64,000 nucleotides of DNA from a bacterium (GCA_963643165.1 CAVIJD010000002.1:35234-99233); one strand, 5' to 3'; shown: positions 31,449-40,869, numbered from the stretch's first letter. The notes: generated from the letters alone by a model not told the origin. Made by a program: numbers and translations.

Positions 31449-31456
31449 TACTTTTG
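31449..31456 (+). promoter_or_regulatory. -7 promoter box TACTTTTGcacg for the YfcC-family transporter gene
   Basis: 25 nt upstream of ATG 31482. The track ORF start (MYFCT...) is a read-through of this box. Confidence 0.55.
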
Positions 31457-31481
31457 CACGTTTTTTCCAAATATTTCAAAT

Positions 31482-33086
31482 ATGCGTAAGAATTTCAAGA
31501 TTCCTCACACTTTTACTATCGTTTTTGTCCTGATTGTTGTGTGTGCTGTGCTCACTTGGATTGTGCCGGGCGGCGAGTTCGAACGGCAGTCCGTCATGGT
31601 TGACGGTCATGAGAAGAGTGTTGTTGTGGCCGATTCCTATCATCAAGCCGAGAATAACCCCCAGACGTGGCAGATATTCACCGCCCTCTTTAAGGGGTTT
31701 AACCGGACTTCTGACATTATTGTGTTCATCTTGATGATTGGCGGCGCTTTCTGGGTGATGAACGAGACGAAGGCTATCAACAAGGGCATTTATTTCTTCT
31801 TGGATAAAACAGAAAGAATACAGCAACTCCCGTTCTTCCGGAAAGTCGGGGTGAATAATCTACTGATAGTTGCTATAATGTTGCTGTTCAGCATTTTCGG
31901 CTCTGTGTTCGGCATGAGTGAAGAGACGATAGCCTTTGTCGTGATTTTCATACCGCTGGCTATTTCTATGGGGTACGATTCTATTGTCGGGGTGCTGATG
32001 TGCTATGTGGCGGCGCATGTGGGCTTTGCCGGCGCTATGCTCAATCCGTTCACGATAGGTATAGCCCAAGGACTTTCAGGGCTGCCCGCCTTTTCTGGGA
32101 TTGGCTACCGCTTTTTCTGTTGGGTGATCCTGACGCTTGCGGCGATTGTCTTTACGCTGCTTTATGCCCGAAAGGTGAAGAAAAGCCCCGAGAAGTCGCC
32201 GATGTACGAGTTGGACCAGTATTGGCGCGACCGCAGCGAGCGGGTCAGTGTTGACCAGTCTGTTGAGCGTTCTACACTTGCGACGTATGTTGTCTATGGC
32301 ATTGTTGCTGCCGTGTTGGTTTACTGTGCGTTTGCACTGCCGGAAACAGCCTTGAAGGTGGGCTCCGATTCACACAAAATTGTGCTCTTCCCCGTGCTTG
32401 CCGCTTGCTTTGTCGTGCTCGGCTTTTTCGCCTTGCGCAAGTCGGTACATCACTTTATCCTTGTGCTGCTCCTGTTTACGGTGCTGGTGTTGGTGACGGG
32501 CGTGTTGGGTTATGGCTGGTATGTGATGGAGATTGCCGGACTTTTCTTCGCGATGGGGCTCGCCGCCGGGTTGGCATACGGCTTCCGTCTCGACAAGGTG
32601 GTCCGACTCTTCCTGGACGGCTGCAAGGATATCCTGGTGGCGGCACTGATTGTCGGCTTGGCCGGCGGAATCATTGTCATATTGGAAGACGGCAAGATTA
32701 TCGACCCTATTCTCTATGCGGTTTCCCGGTGCTTTGGCGAGTCGGGCAGAATTGGCACTACAGGTGTGATGTACGCAATGCAGAATCTGCTCAACCTCAT
32801 CATCCCGTCAGGCTCCGCTAAGGCCGCACTCACGATACCTATGATGGCCGAATGGTCGGACCTTATGGGCGTGTCACGGCAACTTACCGTTCTGGCATTC
32901 CAGTTCGGTGACGGGTTTACGAATATGATTACTCCAACGTCGGGCGTGCTCGTCGGCGTGCTGGGCGTGGCCAGAATCCCTTATTCCACTTGGTTCAAGT
33001 TTATCTGGCCTTTTATTGTGGCATTGATTGTCGCGGGGTTCTTCTTGCTCCTGCCCCCATTGTTTATGTCGCTCGTGGGGTTTTAG
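31482..33086 (+). CDS. YfcC-family (DcuC-like anaerobic C4-dicarboxylate carrier superfamily) membrane transporter
   Basis: MRKNFKIPHTFTIVFVLIVVCAVLTWIVPGGEFERQ... is the typical YfcC N-terminus. Polytopic, about 534 aa. Confidence 0.85.
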   Translation: MRKNFKIPHTFTIVFVLIVVCAVLTWIVPGGEFERQSVMVDGHEKSVVVADSYHQAENNPQTWQIFTALFKGFNRTSDIIVFILMIGGAFWVMNETKAINKGIYFFLDKTERIQQLPFFRKVGVNNLLIVAIMLLFSIFGSVFGMSEETIAFVVIFIPLAISMGYDSIVGVLMCYVAAHVGFAGAMLNPFTIGIAQGLSGLPAFSGIGYRFFCWVILTLAAIVFTLLYARKVKKSPEKSPMYELDQYWRDRSERVSVDQSVERSTLATYVVYGIVAAVLVYCAFALPETALKVGSDSHKIVLFPVLAACFVVLGFFALRKSVHHFILVLLLFTVLVLVTGVLGYGWYVMEIAGLFFAMGLAAGLAYGFRLDKVVRLFLDGCKDILVAALIVGLAGGIIVILEDGKIIDPILYAVSRCFGESGRIGTTGVMYAMQNLLNLIIPSGSAKAALTIPMMAEWSDLMGVSRQLTVLAFQFGDGFTNMITPTSGVLVGVLGVARIPYSTWFKFIWPFIVALIVAGFFLLLPPLFMSLVGF

Positions 33087-33922
33087 CGACTGTTCTTGTA
33101 TTCTTCGGCATAGCGGTAGAACTTCCGAGCCATTTCCATGTTGTGCCGGCGTTCGGCTTCCCGCGCAATGGACAGGTAGGATTCATATACCCCCTCGCGT
33201 GAACGGAGTATGCCGCGATAATAGTCGTCGTTGCAGTATCCTGTCGGCATGTTGGAGCAAAATTGCTCTAAGGCTAAAAAGACTTCCAACGCATCTGCCG
33301 ACCGGTTGCAACGGGCCAGCGAGTCGCCAATATGATAAAGCTGGTCGTAAAGCTCTATGGTGAAGTCGGACACGTCCCGCTCTTGTTGCTCCGTCAATGT
33401 CGGCAAAAGGTAGAGGTTGTGGATGAGCGCTACACTCTCTTTGTAGGAGCCCATGGCAAGACTCAGCCGTGCTTTTAACAGGAGGGCCTCAGGATTGCCC
33501 GGATTGTATTGCAGCGCACGGTCTATGTTGTATAGTGCCGCCGATGTGTCGCGGAACAGAATCCCCTCGATGGCATGCTCGTAAAAAATGCCGTCCACAT
33601 GCGCTTTCAACACCGACAGCCGCTGCTCCGCCTTGTCCGCTTGTACCGCAACTTTCATGAAGGCGGCTTTGGCTTCGTAATAGTCAAGATGCAGGCATTT
33701 GTACAAGTAGGGGAGTTCCGTGTCCCTGAACTGGTCAATTTCTTTGCGGATGTCTTGCAGGAAGAGATAGTGCAGGCTTATCAGTTCCGGATTGTCATAG
33801 TTGAGTTTGTCGAGCCGATTCTCCCATTGACGGAATGTGACGTAGGCACTGTCGCATGCATGCTGCGCATGCAGGCTCGACAGAATGATGCAGAATCCGG
33901 CTAAAATCAGGTGTCTTTTCAA
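33083..33922 (-). CDS. Hypothetical secreted helical-repeat (TPR-like) protein
   Basis: Signal peptide MKRHLILAGFCIILSSLHAQ, followed by alpha-helical repeats (...ALYNIDRALQYNPGNPEALLLKARLSLAMGSYKESVALI...). Last gene of the murD-like/thioredoxin operon. Confidence 0.55.
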   Translation of the reverse strand: MKRHLILAGFCIILSSLHAQHACDSAYVTFRQWENRLDKLNYDNPELISLHYLFLQDIRKEIDQFRDTELPYLYKCLHLDYYEAKAAFMKVAVQADKAEQRLSVLKAHVDGIFYEHAIEGILFRDTSAALYNIDRALQYNPGNPEALLLKARLSLAMGSYKESVALIHNLYLLPTLTEQQERDVSDFTIELYDQLYHIGDSLARCNRSADALEVFLALEQFCSNMPTGYCNDDYYRGILRSREGVYESYLSIAREAERRHNMEMARKFYRYAEEYKNSR

Positions 33923-33925
33923 CGG

Positions 33926-34486
33926 CTATTCGCTGAGGAAATCGTCAAAGGTCTTTTTCAGTTCGGGCTGCGACACATAGCCGACCATCTTTTTGGGTTG
34001 GCTTGTCCGGTTGAAGAACAGCAGGGTAGGGATGTTTTGGATGCCAAAGGCCTGACAAACGTCCGAGGCTTTGTCCACGTTGACAGAATAGACGATGATT
34101 TTGCCTTTGTATTCTTTGGCGAGGCTCTCCAAGACCGGCTTGAGTTTCATGCAAGGTCCGCACCAGCCGGCATAGAAATCTACCACGCAAGGCGTATGTC
34201 CTTTGTAACGGAAGCCTTTGGGGTCGTCAATGTCGGTGACATATTTGGTGAAATCTTCGGAAGAGAGGAGAATGACGTTGCCCGAAAGGTCCTCTTTTAA
34301 GGGTGCCTGATCCGCATTGGCGTCGTCGGGGTCCGGGAGTTGTCGGGTCTTGGTGGCCGTTTCGGTTTCCGCTCCCGTTGTGCCGTCCAGACTTCCCTCA
34401 TCGGGTGCGGCTTTGCCCCCACAGGCTTGGAGAAGGAGTGCCGAGAAGAAGAAAAAAAGGAGGAAAGAAAGGTTTGTTTTACGCAT
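33926..34486 (-). CDS. Thioredoxin-family lipoprotein
   Basis: Lipobox MRKTNLSFLLFFFFSALLLQAC. Active site FYAGWCGPCMKLKP and ...IQNIPTLLFF. ATG 34486 overlaps the murD-like stop by 8 nt. Confidence 0.88.
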   Translation of the reverse strand: MRKTNLSFLLFFFFSALLLQACGGKAAPDEGSLDGTTGAETETATKTRQLPDPDDANADQAPLKEDLSGNVILLSSEDFTKYVTDIDDPKGFRYKGHTPCVVDFYAGWCGPCMKLKPVLESLAKEYKGKIIVYSVNVDKASDVCQAFGIQNIPTLLFFNRTSQPKKMVGYVSQPELKKTFDDFLSE

Positions 34487-35870
34487 GTTGTGATGATTTT
34501 TCTTGAATGTATTGTTTGAAGATGCGTCCGCGCTCCTCAAAGTTCTTGAATTGGTCGTAAGAGGCTGCGGCGGGCGACAACAGGACGATTTTGTTCGGCG
34601 TCGTCTTGTCGAAAGCGTAGTCGATGATTTTCCGGAAGTCGTCTTCTATGATGTAGTCGTGCGGGACGGGAAACTGTGCTTCCCATTCTTTGAAGATGCG
34701 CCGACCCGCCGGACCGGTGAAAGCGATGTGGGCTATGGGGTTCAGATGCAGGAATTGTATGAGTTTCTGGTAGTCGATGCCGCGGTCGAAGCCGCCTAAG
34801 ATGAGGGTGTCAACTTTGCGCAAGGTCTCGACGGCGGCCATGGTGGCTTCCGGAATGGTGGAAATGCTGTCGTTGTAGAACCGTATGCCGTTGAACGTGC
34901 CCACAAATTCTATGCGGTTGGGAAGTCCGCGGAATGTCTGCAGTCCGGCCATAATCTCGTCATGAGACACCCCCTCGTGCCGACAAACTGCAACGGCCGC
35001 CATAATGTTGTAAAAGTTGTGTGTGCCCGGAAGGTTGTGGTACTCGCGCAGGTCATACTCGTCGAGCGGTGTGCTGCTGTCAGAGAAACGGACAATGCCG
35101 TGCTGACAGCAGGCGGTCAGCCCGTTGTATTTCCGCTCCCCGAAGATGCAACGCGTGCGGTTGTACTCAAATCGCTTCATCAACTCGGGGATGTGCTCGT
35201 CGTCGCCGTTATAGACCAGGAAGTTCTCGTACGACTGGTATTTGGTGATGTTCATCTTGGCCAATTGGTAGTCGTTGAACGAGATGAAATGGTCAAGGTG
35301 CTCCTGAAACAGGTTGAGCAGCACGGCGGTGTCGGGCGAACAGTGAACAAATTCGAGTTGGTGCGCCGACAGTTCAGCCACTACTGCCGTGGCAGGGCTG
35401 ATGCTGTCGATGATGTCGAAGAAAGGCACGCCGATGTTGCCCGCCAACAAGGTGTTGCGTCCCGCACTTTTGAGCAGATGGTAAATCAGCGAGGCCGTCG
35501 TGCTCTTGCCTTTGGTGCCTGTCACACCGATGACTTGCCGGTGAAAGGCTTCCAGAAAAAGGTTGGTCTGCGAGGTTATGCGCGACGTTTCTACAAGATA
35601 TCCCAGTTTGTTGAAATTGACCCCCGGAGTCTTGAAGATGAGGTCGTACTCGTTGAGGTTCTGGTCGTAACCCTCGCCTTTGATGAAGCGGACGTGCTCG
35701 TCTTGGATCTCGCTTGTGTTGAGGTTGGCGTTGCCGTCGGCGATGACTATCGGCATGTCCGGAAAATGCTTCCGGATGAAACGGTAGGTGGAGACACCCT
35801 CTTTGCCAAAGCCGAGGATGATAATCTTCTTGTTGTCTATCTGCTGCAGAATGTAATCGGGTGATGCCAT
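34479..35870 (-). CDS. murD: UDP-N-acetylmuramoyl-L-alanine--D-glutamate ligase-type Mur ligase (MurD-like), located outside a dcw cluster
   Basis: KKIIILGFGKEGVS (Rossmann), VIGVTGTKGKSTTASL (P-loop), NLFQEHLDHF...YQLAKMNI, GLPNRIEFVGTFNGIRFYNDSISTIPEA, and LSPAAASYDQFKNFEERG. All are MurD hallmarks. Confidence 0.85.
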   Translation of the reverse strand: MASPDYILQQIDNKKIIILGFGKEGVSTYRFIRKHFPDMPIVIADGNANLNTSEIQDEHVRFIKGEGYDQNLNEYDLIFKTPGVNFNKLGYLVETSRITSQTNLFLEAFHRQVIGVTGTKGKSTTASLIYHLLKSAGRNTLLAGNIGVPFFDIIDSISPATAVVAELSAHQLEFVHCSPDTAVLLNLFQEHLDHFISFNDYQLAKMNITKYQSYENFLVYNGDDEHIPELMKRFEYNRTRCIFGERKYNGLTACCQHGIVRFSDSSTPLDEYDLREYHNLPGTHNFYNIMAAVAVCRHEGVSHDEIMAGLQTFRGLPNRIEFVGTFNGIRFYNDSISTIPEATMAAVETLRKVDTLILGGFDRGIDYQKLIQFLHLNPIAHIAFTGPAGRRIFKEWEAQFPVPHDYIIEDDFRKIIDYAFDKTTPNKIVLLSPAAASYDQFKNFEERGRIFKQYIQEKSSQHA

Positions 35871-35901
35871 GTTGTAAAGTGCGTGTTCTTTGTGCAGGCG
35901 G

Positions 35902-35909
35902 CAAAGATA
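35902..35909 (-). promoter_or_regulatory. -7 promoter box TATCTTTG for the murD-like operon
   Basis: Plus strand caaagata, 31 nt upstream of ATG 35870. Confidence 0.55.
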
Positions 35910-35951
35910 CTGTTTTTTTATATCAGCCGCTCTAATCTGTCGCCTACCTGC

Positions 35952-38795
35952 TTACCAATTAATGCGTTTGACATAATCTTGGGCGTATTTCTTCAAAGCG
36001 TCCCCCTCTATGATCTCGATGTGGTCGGCCAACCCGATGTAGAACCTGCCGACGCCGGCCATGCTATATACGTCGGTGTCCAGTTGCCAATAGCCGTTTT
36101 TCAGATCTATAATCTCTTTGTCGGCATCGACGAACTCCTCTACCAACAGATTCTTGGCCATCGTGTCAAGATGCAGGGAGAGGTGCGTGGGCGTGGTCCC
36201 GATCATGTTGAACAGGTCGATGTTTAACTCCTTGTGCTCCAACTCGCGGGTCCATTTGTCGTCCAGTATCTCCACATTCCCAATCCTTGAAACCGAGAAG
36301 AGCTTGTTTTTTGAATCCACGGGGTCAAAACACCAGATGTGTTTGCGGCTTTTGGCAAAGGCAAACGGCTCCACTTGCCGGTCGCGGCAGTCACCGCCAT
36401 TGCTGGAACTGTATCCGTGAAAGATGACTTTCCTTTTCCCTGAAATCGCTTCTTTGATGGCACCTTTTGACCTTTCAGTGTCTTTGTTGAAGTGCATTTT
36501 CCAGGCCTGAGCCCTTTTTTTCATGTCTTCGTCCATTTCCCGAGTCTCCGCATTGATTCTCAAGTATGCTTTCCCGTCAAGGTGGACGATCTTGTGCTCG
36601 CAAGGCTTTATCTGGAGGGCGACGACGTTGTTGTCGCACAAAGGCACAATCTGTATGTCGATGAGCACGTCTAAGCCGAACGCCCGTTTCGCCTCGTCTT
36701 GTATGTGACGTGTGTACTCGTCGATGTTGTGGAATCTCAGGAAGTCCATGTCCTGTTTGATGCCGAAAGCATAGCCTAAATCGTTGACACCCAAATAAAG
36801 CGTGCCGCCCGTCTCGGAATTCAAAAATCCGCACACGGCCTTGAAAACGTTTTGGTGCTGCGTGACCGGGGCGGGTTTCATGTTGTTGTTCGGGGGATAC
36901 ACGAAGGAGGTCTTGAACTCTTTGCTCATGTCCTCATTGCCGAAGTAGGCCCCGTTTTCTTCGTCCAGGTCCGTGGCCGTGTCGTCCTCAATGGAGAGCA
37001 TCTTGGTGATCTCCCGTTTGATGACATTCAGGCTGGATTCGGACAAGATGCCACGGATGCGGCTGCTCGACTGCACCAGTTTCGCTAATTTGGAAATCAT
37101 CTCGTCGTCCCCGTCGATGGCATCGTCAACAAGTTGCACATTGGACGGCCTTTCGTAGTTGCCCAGTATCTCAACTATCAGCCTGCGCCTTTTTACAACG
37201 TCAAGCTCAGAAATGTCGTCAGCCACGTTTACGGAGAACATTTTGTCGTATTTCCCTTGGACAAAATAGATGCAGCATCTCAAATATTGCGACATGAAGT
37301 CCAGAAAGTTCATGGAGTTGATGTTCTCTGAGATTTTGCAAAGGATGCCGATGGTGCAAAGCATCTTGTACCGCTCCGTCGGGACGGAGATTTTCCGCTG
37401 AAGGATGTACAGTATGATGGCCGCGGCCGACAACTCCGAAGCCCTGATGGCCGCCGTTTTGTTCCCCTCTTCTTCCGGCAGGTCGTCTTCATGGTCAAAA
37501 CAGTAATGAATAAGCACTTCTTCGCGGACTCCTTGTTCGTCAAACCGGTCATTGCTCTCTTCGATGAAGTCGGCATGCACGTATCCGTTCGGGCTCATGT
37601 GCGTCACTTGCAGCCGGGCGTAAAGGTCAGGGTCAAACTCATTCTTTTGCGTATAGACAACGTAGCCGGTCTCTGTAAACCACATGGTGTTCCCGTTGGT
37701 TACTTTCAGGGATTTGGCGAGCACCTCCTCTCCGCTGCGTACGCATTCTTCCATGATATATTTCTTGAAGTCGGCTGCCATGTCAAATATGCCCGTCCCG
37801 TTTTGCGTGATGCCGCCAAGCCGGGCTTCTATGTCATAGCCGACGGGCAGATATTTCAGACAGTCGTTGAAAGAGTAGGCGAAGGTGCTGTTCATCATCA
37901 GCTTCCCTTTTATCGGCTCGTATTTGGGGTCGGTGGTTTCCACAAAAATGGTGTTGAGGTCTTTCCCCGTAACCCGCACCCGGATGGTCTGCCTGTCGGT
38001 GATGTCGTATTTCAGCAGCTTTTTGCGCTCGGGCACAATGATGCGGCAGTCTTCCAGAAATGTCTCCGTGAAACTGCAAATGGCATCCAAGTCGTTTTGC
38101 AGACTTTGTTTCAACTTGTTGGCAGACAAGGAGAAAACTTTAATGTGGCCGTCTGCGACGGAGAGCGACAAGTTGAATTTGCCTTTTGTGGTTTCCGCCC
38201 GACTGCAGTTGTATATGGAGAGGCATCGGTTTTCAATAATGGCAGTTCCGACATGCTCGCGGACGTGCGGCGTGTTTGCCCTTTTGAACACGATGCTGTG
38301 TTTAAGGATGCGTTCTGACAGCAAGTCCGGGGAGTCTGACATCAATTCGTGCCGATTGTATCCTAAGGCGTTCACCTCATCGCCCAGCAACGTGTGAAGT
38401 GCGCATTCTGCCACCGCTGTCGTTCTGGCAGCAGAGCAGACCAGGGCGAGCAACAATTGCTGGTAAACAAATGCAATGCGCTTTTCTTCCGGATTTTTGC
38501 AGGCAGAAGAGAGTAGAAAAATTCCTAAAAGACGGATGTAAAAGAGGATAGTTCCTTTCTTGCTGCCCGTTTCATCTTGCAATATCCTGTCGATTTCATA
38601 CAAAGGCTTTGCCGAAAGGTCTTGTATCAGCTGCGATACTCGCTTGTGCAGGAGGTTCAGCGTTTCAACGTAGAATTTGTCCTCTTTAAAGGTCTTGTTC
38701 TGTTCAAGATATTGTACGAGCCGGTCAAAGTTAGTGTCAATATAGTCGGTTTTCAGTTCTATCCAGAGGGGAGCGACGAGGTCTGTGTCTTTCAT
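35952..38795 (-). CDS. Large orphan protein: unrecognised ~610-aa N-terminal region + AlbA_2 (Schlafen-like) domain + WYL domain + WCX-like C-terminal domain
   Basis: aa ~618-755: EDMSKEFKTSF...VFKAVCGFLNSETGGTLYLGVNDLGYAFGIKQD...GKAYLRINAETREM (AlbA_2 pattern ExKxs...GGxLxxGV...yxRxgs). aa ~786-848: KRKVIFHGYSSSNGGDCRDRQVEPFAFAKSRKHIWCFDPVDSKNKLFSVSRIGNVEIL (WYL pattern). aa ~855-945 looks like the WCX extension. No Walker A or other catalytic motif seen in the N-terminal part. Confidence 0.7.
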   Translation of the reverse strand: MKDTDLVAPLWIELKTDYIDTNFDRLVQYLEQNKTFKEDKFYVETLNLLHKRVSQLIQDLSAKPLYEIDRILQDETGSKKGTILFYIRLLGIFLLSSACKNPEEKRIAFVYQQLLLALVCSAARTTAVAECALHTLLGDEVNALGYNRHELMSDSPDLLSERILKHSIVFKRANTPHVREHVGTAIIENRCLSIYNCSRAETTKGKFNLSLSVADGHIKVFSLSANKLKQSLQNDLDAICSFTETFLEDCRIIVPERKKLLKYDITDRQTIRVRVTGKDLNTIFVETTDPKYEPIKGKLMMNSTFAYSFNDCLKYLPVGYDIEARLGGITQNGTGIFDMAADFKKYIMEECVRSGEEVLAKSLKVTNGNTMWFTETGYVVYTQKNEFDPDLYARLQVTHMSPNGYVHADFIEESNDRFDEQGVREEVLIHYCFDHEDDLPEEEGNKTAAIRASELSAAAIILYILQRKISVPTERYKMLCTIGILCKISENINSMNFLDFMSQYLRCCIYFVQGKYDKMFSVNVADDISELDVVKRRRLIVEILGNYERPSNVQLVDDAIDGDDEMISKLAKLVQSSSRIRGILSESSLNVIKREITKMLSIEDDTATDLDEENGAYFGNEDMSKEFKTSFVYPPNNNMKPAPVTQHQNVFKAVCGFLNSETGGTLYLGVNDLGYAFGIKQDMDFLRFHNIDEYTRHIQDEAKRAFGLDVLIDIQIVPLCDNNVVALQIKPCEHKIVHLDGKAYLRINAETREMDEDMKKRAQAWKMHFNKDTERSKGAIKEAISGKRKVIFHGYSSSNGGDCRDRQVEPFAFAKSRKHIWCFDPVDSKNKLFSVSRIGNVEILDDKWTRELEHKELNIDLFNMIGTTPTHLSLHLDTMAKNLLVEEFVDADKEIIDLKNGYWQLDTDVYSMAGVGRFYIGLADHIEIIEGDALKKYAQDYVKRINW

Positions 38796-38829
38796 TGTTT
38801 GTGGTGTTATGGTTTCTTTTATAGGCTCG

Positions 38830-38837
38830 CAAAGATA
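38830..38837 (-). promoter_or_regulatory. -7 promoter box TATCTTTG for the AlbA_2/WYL gene
   Basis: Plus strand caaagata, 34 nt upstream of ATG 38795. Confidence 0.55.
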
Positions 38838-38890
38838 GTGTATTCCTCCTTGTCTGCCATACCTTTGGGCGGATTATTTTTTGCCCGTGA

Positions 38891-38922
38891 AATAAAAAAG
38901 CGGAGAGTTGTTAGCCCTCCGC
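38891..38922 (-). terminator. Rho-independent terminator after htpG
   Basis: Stem gcggaggg/ctctccgc (7 of 8 bp) followed on the minus strand by U6. It lies 24 nt after the stop at 38947. Confidence 0.65.
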
Positions 38923-38946
38923 CGTGATAAAAAGGAAAAAGAATTG

Positions 38947-40869
38947 TTATAGAATGTCGTAGCTTCTTTTGACGAAATCGGTCAGTTTTTCGCCTGTGAG
39001 GATGTTCTGCGAGAGCAGGGCAAGGTCAATCATCTGCTGTACCAGTTTGGTGCGTTTCTCCTCGTCCTCTTCGCCCACCACGCGGAGGGCGAGCGGATGG
39101 TTGCCGTTGACAACGAGGTTATAGTGCTCGAAGCCGCCGTAGAAGCCTTGCTGCCCCGACACTTTTTCCATGTCCTTGAAACGCCGCATGAACTCGTTCT
39201 GCGTTATCATGACCGGCAGGTCCGTCTCGCTCAGGTTCTCGACTTGCACCGAGAAGGTCTTGGCGTCGATGTTCTTGTCGAAGCACTCTTTGAGTTTCTT
39301 CTGCTGGTCGTCGCTCAGTTTGGCGGGGTTCACGTCGTCTTTCTTCTCGATGAGCCTGTCGATGGTGTCGGCATCCACGCGGGTGAAACGGGTCTTTTCA
39401 AGCTTCTGTTCCAGCATGTTGATGAAGTGCGTGTCAAAGAAGCCGTCCATGAGCAGCACGTCGTAGCCTTTCTCCTTGGCGGCTGAGATGTAGATGTTCT
39501 GCTCGTCTAAGTTGGCGGCATAAAGGAAGATTACGGTGTCGTCTTTGTTGGTCTGCAGCGCGCTGACGGTGTTGCGGTATTCCTCAATGGTGAAATATTT
39601 GCCGTCGGTGTTCTTCAGCAAGTAGAAGTCTTTGATTTTGTCGTAGAACTTCTCGTCGGTGAGGGAACCGTATTCCAAGAATACTCTCAACTCGTCCCAC
39701 TTCTTTTCAAAGTCCTCACGGTTTTCCTTGAACATCGACTCGAGTTTTTCTGCCACTTTCTTGCTGATGTAGGTGGAGATCTTCTTGACGTTGGTGTCTG
39801 ACTGCAGATAGGAGCGCGACACGTTCAGCGGTATGTCGGGCGAGTCGATGACACCGTGCAGCAGGGTCATGAATTCCGGAATGATGCCCTCCAGCTCGTC
39901 GGTGATATAGACCTGGTTGCAATAGAGTTGGACGCGGTTTTTCTTGAGGTCGAGCTGGTTTTTCACCTTCGGGAAATAGAGGATGCCCGTGAGGTTGAAA
40001 GGGTAGTCCACGTTGAGATGGATCTGGAACAGGGGCTCTTCCATCGACATGGGGTAGAGTTCGTGGTAGAACTTGCGGTAGTCTTCGTCTGTCAGTGTCG
40101 ATGGGGTCTTCTGCCAAAGTGGGTCGGTGTCGTTGATGATGCGCGGCACCTCCACGGCCACCTCTTTGGGCTCTTCTTTCTTCTCCTCGCTGTTCTCGTC
40201 CACGGCTTTCGTCTCCTCTTCGGGCTTCGGCTCCGGCTTGCGCCATTCGGTCTTGTTGCCGCAACGGATCGGGATGGGCAGGAAACGGCAGTATTTGTTC
40301 AGCAGTTCCACGATTTTGTTCTCTTCGAGGAAGTTCTGCGCGTCGTCAGAGATGTGCAGAACGATCTCGGTGCCGCGGTCCGCTTTGTCGCTCTCTTCCA
40401 TCGTGAACTCGGTGGAACCGTCGCAACTCCATTTTACGGCCTTGGTGTCAGGCATGTACGATTTGGTGATGATATCGACCCGGTCGGAAACCATGAACGA
40501 CGAGTAGAAACCCAGTCCGAAATGGCCGATGATGTTGGTGGCATCTTGCCCTTTGTATTTGGAGAGGAAATCCTCGGCCCCCGAAAAGGCGATCTGGTTG
40601 ATGTATTTGTCCACCTCCTCGGCCGTCATGCCGATGCCCCGGTCGATGATGCGGATGCACTTGCCCTCTTTATCTACCTTTACCTCAATGGTGAGGTCGC
40701 CCAACTCGCCGTCGGCCTTGCCCAACGAAGACAAGGTTTTCATCTTCTGCGTGGCATCTACGGCGTTGGAAATGATTTCGCGGAGGAATATCTCGTGGTC
40801 TGAATACAGGAATTTCTTGATTACGGGGAAAATGTTTTCCGTTTTGACGTTGATGTTACCTTTTTGCAT
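38947..40869 (-). CDS. htpG: Molecular chaperone HtpG (Hsp90)
   Basis: ...IFPVIKKFLYSDHEIFLREIISNAVDATQK...IGHFGLGFYSSFMV... with a charged linker (KPEPKPEEETKAVDENSEEKKEEPKE). Confidence 0.97.
   Translation of the reverse strand: MQKGNINVKTENIFPVIKKFLYSDHEIFLREIISNAVDATQKMKTLSSLGKADGELGDLTIEVKVDKEGKCIRIIDRGIGMTAEEVDKYINQIAFSGAEDFLSKYKGQDATNIIGHFGLGFYSSFMVSDRVDIITKSYMPDTKAVKWSCDGSTEFTMEESDKADRGTEIVLHISDDAQNFLEENKIVELLNKYCRFLPIPIRCGNKTEWRKPEPKPEEETKAVDENSEEKKEEPKEVAVEVPRIINDTDPLWQKTPSTLTDEDYRKFYHELYPMSMEEPLFQIHLNVDYPFNLTGILYFPKVKNQLDLKKNRVQLYCNQVYITDELEGIIPEFMTLLHGVIDSPDIPLNVSRSYLQSDTNVKKISTYISKKVAEKLESMFKENREDFEKKWDELRVFLEYGSLTDEKFYDKIKDFYLLKNTDGKYFTIEEYRNTVSALQTNKDDTVIFLYAANLDEQNIYISAAKEKGYDVLLMDGFFDTHFINMLEQKLEKTRFTRVDADTIDRLIEKKDDVNPAKLSDDQQKKLKECFDKNIDAKTFSVQVENLSETDLPVMITQNEFMRRFKDMEKVSGQQGFYGGFEHYNLVVNGNHPLALRVVGEEDEEKRTKLVQQMIDLALLSQNILTGEKLTDFVKRSYDIL

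Noticed and set aside
38265-38282. R-x4-H motif (RANTPH, aa 172-177) in the N-terminal region of the AlbA_2/WYL protein, as a possible HEPN RNase active site.
   Set aside because: A six-residue pattern occurs by chance in a 947-aa protein. The usual polar residue after Arg (R[NHQD]xxxH) and the surrounding helical context cannot be verified by eye.
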